Program-made: the position numbers and the translations under genes
Source: an uncultured Verrucomicrobiae bacterium
GTDB lineage: Bacteria; Verrucomicrobiota; Verrucomicrobiia; Chthoniobacterales; JAATET01
NCBI GenBank assembly: GCA_963761705.1
Contig: CAVXHK010000003.1
Coordinates: 430,794 to 494,793, forward strand
Direction of reading: 5' to 3'
Length of the DNA stretch: 64,000 nt
Notes under the pieces: generated by a model
What the model was told of the DNA's origin: nothing
The model's database searches: none
The model's input: only the letters and a program-made list of their open reading frames with translations
Part shown: positions 58,190 through 64,000 of the stretch, in pieces
How positions within the stretch are numbered: position 1 is the stretch's first letter
Layout of the letters: each line of letters starts with the position of its first letter

Positions 58190-59074
58190 ATGCAGGACCC
58201 GAAGGAAATCCTCAAAAAAATCCGGAAGCTGGAGCTCCGCACGCGCCGGCTGGTTGAGGCTTCGTTTGCGGGGGCCTACCAGTCGGTCTTCAAGGGGCGG
58301 GGGATGAATTTCGAGGAGGTTCGGGAGTACGTTGCGGGGGACGAGATCCGGACGATCGATTGGAACGTGACGGCACGAATGGATGCGCCGTTCGTGAAGA
58401 AGTTCACCGAGGAGCGCGAGATGACGGTGATGCTGCTCGTGGACGTGAGTGCGTCGGGGGATTACGGGAGCGTCGAGAACAGCAAGCGGGAGCTGGCGGC
58501 GGAGGTTGCTTCGATTCTGGCGTTCAGTGCGATTCAGAATAACGACAAGGTTGGTTTGCTCCTCTTCACCGATGAGGTGGAGCTTTTTATTCCGCCGAAG
58601 AAGGGTCGGTTGCACACCCTGCGGTTGATTCGGGAGATGATCTACTTCGAGCCGCGGGCGACGGGAACAGACGTGGGGGCGGCATTGGATTATCTCAACA
58701 AAGTTGTGCCGCGGAGGGCGGTGGTGTTTCTCATCTCGGACTTCTTCGCGCCGGATTTCTCGAAAGCGCTGACGGTGACCGGGAAGCGGCACGATCTGGT
58801 GGCGATGCCGGTGATTGATCCGGGTGAGGAGGAATTGCCGGAGATCGGGATCATTACCCTCCAGGACGCGGAGACTGGGCGGCAGATCGACATCAACACT
58901 TCGGCGCGCTCGGTGGCGAATGCGTTCGTGGCGATTCAGGACAAGCGGCACGCGGAGCTGGAGCGGATGTTTCGGAAGCGGCGGATCGACGTGATTGCGT
59001 TGCGGACGGACCGGGATTATCTCATGCCGCTGCGGGCATTTTTTGAGAAACGCGAAAGGAGACAAGGGGCGTGA
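58190..59074 (+). CDS. DUF58 domain protein
   Basis: FKGRGMNFEEVREY..GDEIRTIDWNVTAR, VDVSASG, FLISDF. Confidence 0.92.
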   Translation: MQDPKEILKKIRKLELRTRRLVEASFAGAYQSVFKGRGMNFEEVREYVAGDEIRTIDWNVTARMDAPFVKKFTEEREMTVMLLVDVSASGDYGSVENSKRELAAEVASILAFSAIQNNDKVGLLLFTDEVELFIPPKKGRLHTLRLIREMIYFEPRATGTDVGAALDYLNKVVPRRAVVFLISDFFAPDFSKALTVTGKRHDLVAMPVIDPGEEELPEIGIITLQDAETGRQIDINTSARSVANAFVAIQDKRHAELERMFRKRRIDVIALRTDRDYLMPLRAFFEKRERRQGA

Positions 59075-59583
59075 ATCCGGAAACTGCGGCTACTCCCGCT
59101 CCTTTGCACGACATCGCGGGACCGGTGGAATTTTTCCCTTACCCGGTGTGGGCGGTGGTGCTGGCGGCGCTTGCCGTCTTGGCGGTGCTTGGGTTGCTCG
59201 TTTGGTTTTTCTTTCTGCGGAAGCGGTCTTCGCGGGTGGCCTCGAGCCGGGATCGGGCGAGGCGCAAGTTGAGCGAGTTGCGGGAGCGGGTTGGGACGAC
59301 GGAGGTTTACGACTTCAGTATCGAGGTGTCGGAGGTGTTGCGGCGGTTCATTGAGGAGACGCGGGGGCTGCGGGCAACGACGCAGACGACGATGGAATTC
59401 CTGGCGGCGATCGCGAACGATCCGCAGTTTTCGGACGCGGAGCGGGGGTTATTGGCGACGTTTTTGGAGAAGGCGGATCTCATCAAATTTGCGCGGATTC
59501 ACGCGACGGACGAGGATAGTCGCGGGTTGTTGGAGAGCGCGGTGGGGTTTGTCGATGAGAGCGCGAAGGGGGTGAGAGCGTGA
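59071..59583 (+). CDS. Bat-operon membrane protein (DUF4381-like)
   Basis: LHDIAGP + TM helix; QTT.EFL, ADLIKFA. Confidence 0.75.
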   Translation: MNPETAATPAPLHDIAGPVEFFPYPVWAVVLAALAVLAVLGLLVWFFFLRKRSSRVASSRDRARRKLSELRERVGTTEVYDFSIEVSEVLRRFIEETRGLRATTQTTMEFLAAIANDPQFSDAERGLLATFLEKADLIKFARIHATDEDSRGLLESAVGFVDESAKGVRA

Positions 59584-60602
59584 GTGGGTTTGAGTTCATG
59601 GGAGTCGGTTTTGCGTATCCCTGGGTGTTGCTGTTGTTGCTGCTCATTCCCATTCTGGCCGTTCTCAAGGGGAAGTTTGGGGGGACTCCGGGGGTGGTAT
59701 TTTCTTCGACGACGAGTTTGGAAGCGATCGGCGTGCGGCGGCGATCGCGGGCGGGGGATCTGCTCACGGCGCTTTCGCTGCTGGCGTTTGCGGCGTTCGT
59801 GGTGGCGGCGGCGCGTCCGCAGTCTGGGCAGACGATCACGCGGACGGAGGCGAGTGGGATCGACATCATGCTGGCGATCGACGTGTCGGGGTCGATGCTC
59901 GCGGAGGATTTTTCGATTGGGAATCAGCGGGCGAATCGGCTGGAGGCGGTGAAACGCGTGACGCGGGAGTTTATCGAGCAGAGACCGAACGACCGCATTG
60001 GGATCGTGGCGTTTGCGGGTCAGGCCTACCTGGTAAGTCCGTTGACGCTGGATCACGATTGGTTGCTGAAGAATCTGGAGCGGGTGCAGATCGGGATGGT
60101 GGAGGACGGAACGGCGATCGGGTCGGCGATCGCGTCGGCGGCAAATCGCCTGAAGGACAAGGAGGCGAAAACCAAGTTGGTGGTGCTGCTGACGGACGGG
60201 GACAATAATTCGGGGAAGGTGACACCGCTCACGGCGGCGGAGGCGGCGAAAGCGCTGGGGATCCGGATCTACACGATTGGCGCGGGGACGCGGGGTTCGG
60301 CGCCGTATCCGATGCGATCAACGACGGGGAGGCTGATGGGGTATCAGAACATCCCGGTGCAATTCGACGAGGAGACTCTCAAGCAGATCGCGTCGATCTC
60401 GGGGGGTGAGTATTTCCGGGCGACGAACACGGCATCGTTGGAAAACATTTTTGGCGAAATCGACAAATTGGAAAAATCCAAAGTCGAGGTTGAGAAGGTG
60501 GCGCAATACACGGATTGGTTTCACTGGGCGATCTTGCTGGGTGTGGTGACGCTCACGGGCGAGGTCCTGCTTTCACAGACGATATGGAGACGACTGCCGT
60601 AG
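59580..60602 (+). CDS. batA: BatA-like VWA domain protein
   Basis: MIDAS DVSGSM, PLTLD, GTAIG, LLTDGDNN, IYTIG. Confidence 0.88.
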   Translation: MSGFEFMGVGFAYPWVLLLLLLIPILAVLKGKFGGTPGVVFSSTTSLEAIGVRRRSRAGDLLTALSLLAFAAFVVAAARPQSGQTITRTEASGIDIMLAIDVSGSMLAEDFSIGNQRANRLEAVKRVTREFIEQRPNDRIGIVAFAGQAYLVSPLTLDHDWLLKNLERVQIGMVEDGTAIGSAIASAANRLKDKEAKTKLVVLLTDGDNNSGKVTPLTAAEAAKALGIRIYTIGAGTRGSAPYPMRSTTGRLMGYQNIPVQFDEETLKQIASISGGEYFRATNTASLENIFGEIDKLEKSKVEVEKVAQYTDWFHWAILLGVVTLTGEVLLSQTIWRRLP

Positions 60603-62594
60603 AAACTGGACTGACTTTCGGGGAGCCGCTTTGGCTCTGGGGGTTGATGTTGGTGCCGTTGCTGGCGGCGTTTTTCTGGCGTGCCCAGGTGAAACGGAGC
60701 GGGGCTCATCGAGCGGATCGTGGCGCCGAGGCTGCGGCAGCAATTGGCTTCGGGCGTGAGTCTTCGGATGCGTTGGATCCGGACGGGGCTGATTCTTCTG
60801 GCGATCGGGTTGGCGGTGGTGGCGATGGCGAAACCACGGATGGGTTACGTGCAGCGGGAGATCAAGACGAAGGGGCGGGACGTCCTCCTGGCCATCGATA
60901 CCTCGCGGAGCATGCTGGCCACGGACGTGACACCGACGCGCCTGGCGAGGGCGAAATTGGTTTCGCAGGATCTGATGCTGTTGCTGCGCGGCGATCGGCT
61001 CGGGGTGATTGCGTTCGCGGGGTCGGCGTTTTTACAGGCTCCGCTGACGTTGGATGACAACGCGGTGCTGACGACGTTGGACGAGTTGGACACGGACGTG
61101 ATCCCGAGGGGCGGGTCGAATCTGGCGGCGGCGATCCAGACGGCGATCGATGCTTTCGGAAAGGCCGAGGGGGTGATGCGGGCGCTGGTGATTCTCACGG
61201 ATGGTGAGGAACTCGACGCGGACGGGGTGGCGGCGGCGAAGCGGGCTGGAGAGGAGGGAATCCGGATTTTCACGATTGGGCTGGGTTCGGCGGAGGGAGC
61301 GCTGATTCCGATTCGGACGGCGGACGGGCGGCAGGGTTACGTTTTGGACTCGGCGGGGCAACCGGTGAAGTCGAGTTTGGACGCGGCTCGGCTCGGCGAG
61401 ATCGCGGAAGTGACCGGGGGCTTTTACACGCAGCTCACGCCGGACGTCGCGCGGGAGGTTTTTACGAAAGGGATCGAACCGCTGGAGGAGCAGGAAACGG
61501 GTTTGATGTCGTCGAGGCTACCCATTGAGCAATACGAGTGGCCGCTGGGGGGCGCGCTGATCTGCCTGACGCTGTGGATCTTGCTGGGCGAGGGGCGCTG
61601 GGCGGCGGGCCGGACGGGGGCGCGGGTGAAGGCGACCGCTCTGGCAATGGCGTTGGTGTCGGTGCAGGGAAGCGTGGTGGCGAGCGGGATGGAGAGTTAT
61701 CGGGCGGGGGATTACGCGGGGGCGATGGCAGCGTTCGAGGCGGAAGCTGAGCGGCTGCCGGAGTCAGAGAAGTTGAAGTTCAACGCCGGAGCGTCGGCTT
61801 ATCAGGCGGGGGACTACGCGAAGGCGGTGGATTTATTTACGGATGCTCTCTTGTCCGACGACGACGGTTTGCGGGAGAACGTGGAATATAATCTGGGCAA
61901 CTCCTTGGCGCGCCGGGGCGAGGCGGCGAAGTCGGAGGAGGGGAAGAAGGCGGATTGGACGGACGCGATTGATCACTACACCGCGGCGCTGGACCTCGAC
62001 CCCGGAAATACGTTGGCGGAGGAGAACCGTGAGATCGTGCGGAAGATGCTCGAGGACCTGAACCAGAAGCAGGAAGAGGAAAAAAAGCAGGAGCAGGACA
62101 AACAAGACGACGAGAAGCAGGACGATCAAGAAGGCGAGGATCAAAAGGAGAACGATCAGAAACGGGATGAAGAGAACGAAGACGAGGGGAAGCCGGACGA
62201 GCAAGACGGTGAGAAGGGGGATGAGCAGGACGATCAGGAGGGCGAATCGGGAGATGAACAATCCGACGACGAGAAGCCGCAGGATTCGGAGGGGGACGAG
62301 CAGGACCAGGATGAGTCAAACGACGGTGAAAGTTCGGGGGAACAGGATCAGCCGGGTGCGGAGCCGACGCCGACCCCCGGGGACCCGAAGGAAGGAGATC
62401 TGAAGTCCCAAGGTGGGGACGAAGAGCCGGAAGAAGGCGAGCAAGCCGGGGAGGCCGAAGGGGCTGAGGAGGTGCCTGACGGCGAGATGTCGGAGGCGCA
62501 GGCTCGCAGCCTGTTGCGATCCATGCAGGGAGACGAGGAGCGGGTGCAAATGATGGAACGTCAGGATGAACGCGGCGTGCGGCGGGATTGGTAG
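60584..62594 (+). pseudogene. batB: BatB-like VWA + TPR (BatC-like) fusion with acidic tail; +1 frameshift at the G run 60701-60704
   Basis: The N-terminal segment LTFGEPLWLWGL is in a different frame from the VWA body (DTSRSM, LTDGE). Removing one G restores KRSGLIERIVAPRL. Confidence 0.8.
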
Positions 62595-62632
62595 ATTTGG
62601 TAAATTTGAAATTTGGAATGAGAAATTTGAAA
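62595..62632. repeat. Degenerate heptamer array (AATTTGA-like) overlapping the batD start
   Basis: aatttga aatttgg aatgaga aatttga; a similar array is at 39901-39937. Confidence 0.55.
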
Positions 62633-64000
62633 TGGGTGGTGGCGTTGGCTGCGGTCGCGGTGGTGGGGGCCGGGACCGTTGACGCGGCGGTGAAGGCGGA
62701 GTTGTCGGCGGATCAGGTGGCCATGGGGGTGCCGGTGCAGTTGCAGATCAAGGTCGAGGGGTCGGCGAACGTGCGGGTGCCGCGGACGGTCGACGTGGAC
62801 GGACTGCTCATCAGTCAGCGGGGGTGGTCGTCGGAGGTGCAGCAGCGGGGGAATCAATCCACGTCGATGGCGGTGATCACGTACCAGGTGCTGGCGCAGC
62901 GAGAGGGAATCTTCGAGATCCCAGCGATCAATTTGCAGGTTGATGGGCAAATGGTGACAACGAACCCGGTGACGCTTGAAGTGACGGGTGGCGGGGCGCC
63001 GCAGTCGCGGCGGGCGACCCCGGTCTTCCCGGGAACGGGTGGTCAGGCGACGGCGACGCCTGAGCCCGCGCCGAGTGAGCCGGACCCGGACGCTCGGCTG
63101 GCTTTCGCCGAGATGGTGATTCCGCGCGAGTCGGTGTTCGTCGGGGAGATGGTGCCCGTCGAAATCCGATTTTACTTCAACAAGAATTACGGGTTTCGGT
63201 TGTTAGCGGATCAGCCGACGTTGAGCGGGGAGGGATTTACCGTCGAGGATCTGACGGCTCCGAAACGCGGTGAGCAAATGGTCGGCGGAACGGCGTATCA
63301 CGTTTTCAGTTTTCAGAGCGCGATCACGCCGGTGAAGTCGGGCGAGTTGGAGATACCCGGGGTAACGATGCCAGCGATCGTGCAGGTGCCGTCGCAGGCG
63401 CCCCGGGGGTTTGACGACATTTTCACGCAGTTTTTCGGGAATTCGATGATGACGGATTCGGAGCAGCTGAACGTGACGACTGATCCGGTCAAGCTGGCGG
63501 TGAAGTCATTGCCGCGGGACGGGAGGCCGGAGAATTTCAAGGGGGCAATCGGGGATTTCACGCTCGCGATCGACGCGGATCCGAAGACGACGGCGGCGGG
63601 TGATCCGGTGACGTTGCGGGCTCAGGTGAACGGGCGGGGAAACTTCAGTGCGATGGGCGAGCCGGCGTTGGTCGGGGTGGAGGGCTGGAAGTCGTACCCG
63701 CCGTCGGCGAACTTCGAGGCGGCGGATTCGGTCGGGTTCGGGGGCGTGAAGACGTATGACTTCATGATCGTCGCGACGGCGAAGCAGACGGAGACGCCGG
63801 GGGTGGAGTTCTCGTATTTCGATCCGGCGAAGGAAGAATACGTGACGCTCGAGGGGAAGCCGATCGCCGTGGTGGCGGAGGCAGCGGTCGCGACGCCGAC
63901 GCCGGACGCGGGCGGAGCGCCCGCGGGAGCTGACGAGAACGGCGCGGTCGCCGCGGTGGGATCCGCGAATCCGGACGTGCCGGGGCGGGCGGGCGTGCTT
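62618..64000 (+). CDS. batD: BatD-like protein (partial; runs off the window)
   Basis: Not in the ORF track. Manual translation gives MRNLKWVVALAAVAVVG..., with later LP...RPENFKGAIGDF and FSYFDP motifs; expected position in the bat operon. Confidence 0.85.
   Translation, partial: MRNLKWVVALAAVAVVGAGTVDAAVKAELSADQVAMGVPVQLQIKVEGSANVRVPRTVDVDGLLISQRGWSSEVQQRGNQSTSMAVITYQVLAQREGIFEIPAINLQVDGQMVTTNPVTLEVTGGGAPQSRRATPVFPGTGGQATATPEPAPSEPDPDARLAFAEMVIPRESVFVGEMVPVEIRFYFNKNYGFRLLADQPTLSGEGFTVEDLTAPKRGEQMVGGTAYHVFSFQSAITPVKSGELEIPGVTMPAIVQVPSQAPRGFDDIFTQFFGNSMMTDSEQLNVTTDPVKLAVKSLPRDGRPENFKGAIGDFTLAIDADPKTTAAGDPVTLRAQVNGRGNFSAMGEPALVGVEGWKSYPPSANFEAADSVGFGGVKTYDFMIVATAKQTETPGVEFSYFDPAKEEYVTLEGKPIAVVAEAAVATPTPDAGGAPAGADENGAVAAVGSANPDVPGRAGVL

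Overview
Bacterial chromosomal window, high GC, most consistent with Verrucomicrobiota (Chthoniobacterales/Spartobacteria-like). This is inferred from RNase HIII, a PEP-CTERM protein, a Verru_Chthon-type prepilin cassette and Amuc_1102-like genes. Most of the window is housekeeping or envelope genes: rnhC, mutY, trpB, nagZ, nadD-rsfS, cinA, recD2, tRNA-Leu(TAG), a delta-9 desaturase, mutL, larB, murU/amgK-like genes with glgE, tkt, metG, pssA, xseA, mlaE-F-D-C-A, an lpxL-waaF fusion, purK and a moxR-bat operon. The main accessory block (about 24.9-34.4 kb, visibly more AT-rich) holds a PEP-CTERM surface protein converging on a minor-pilin-like cassette with two Amuc_1102-like paralogues; each side has a sigma-54-type promoter motif. 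Other points of interest are a shared Arg-rich C-terminal domain on neighbouring ORFs at 41.5-44.8 kb (candidate sorting or anchoring domain) and single-base frameshifts in mutL and batB. There are also several small repeat families, two of which sit in frame inside mutY and purK, octamer arrays in front of both GNAT genes, and strong strand-dependent G/C codon bias. No rRNA, CRISPR array, transposase or integrase was seen. All family calls come from motif recognition by eye, not from database searches.
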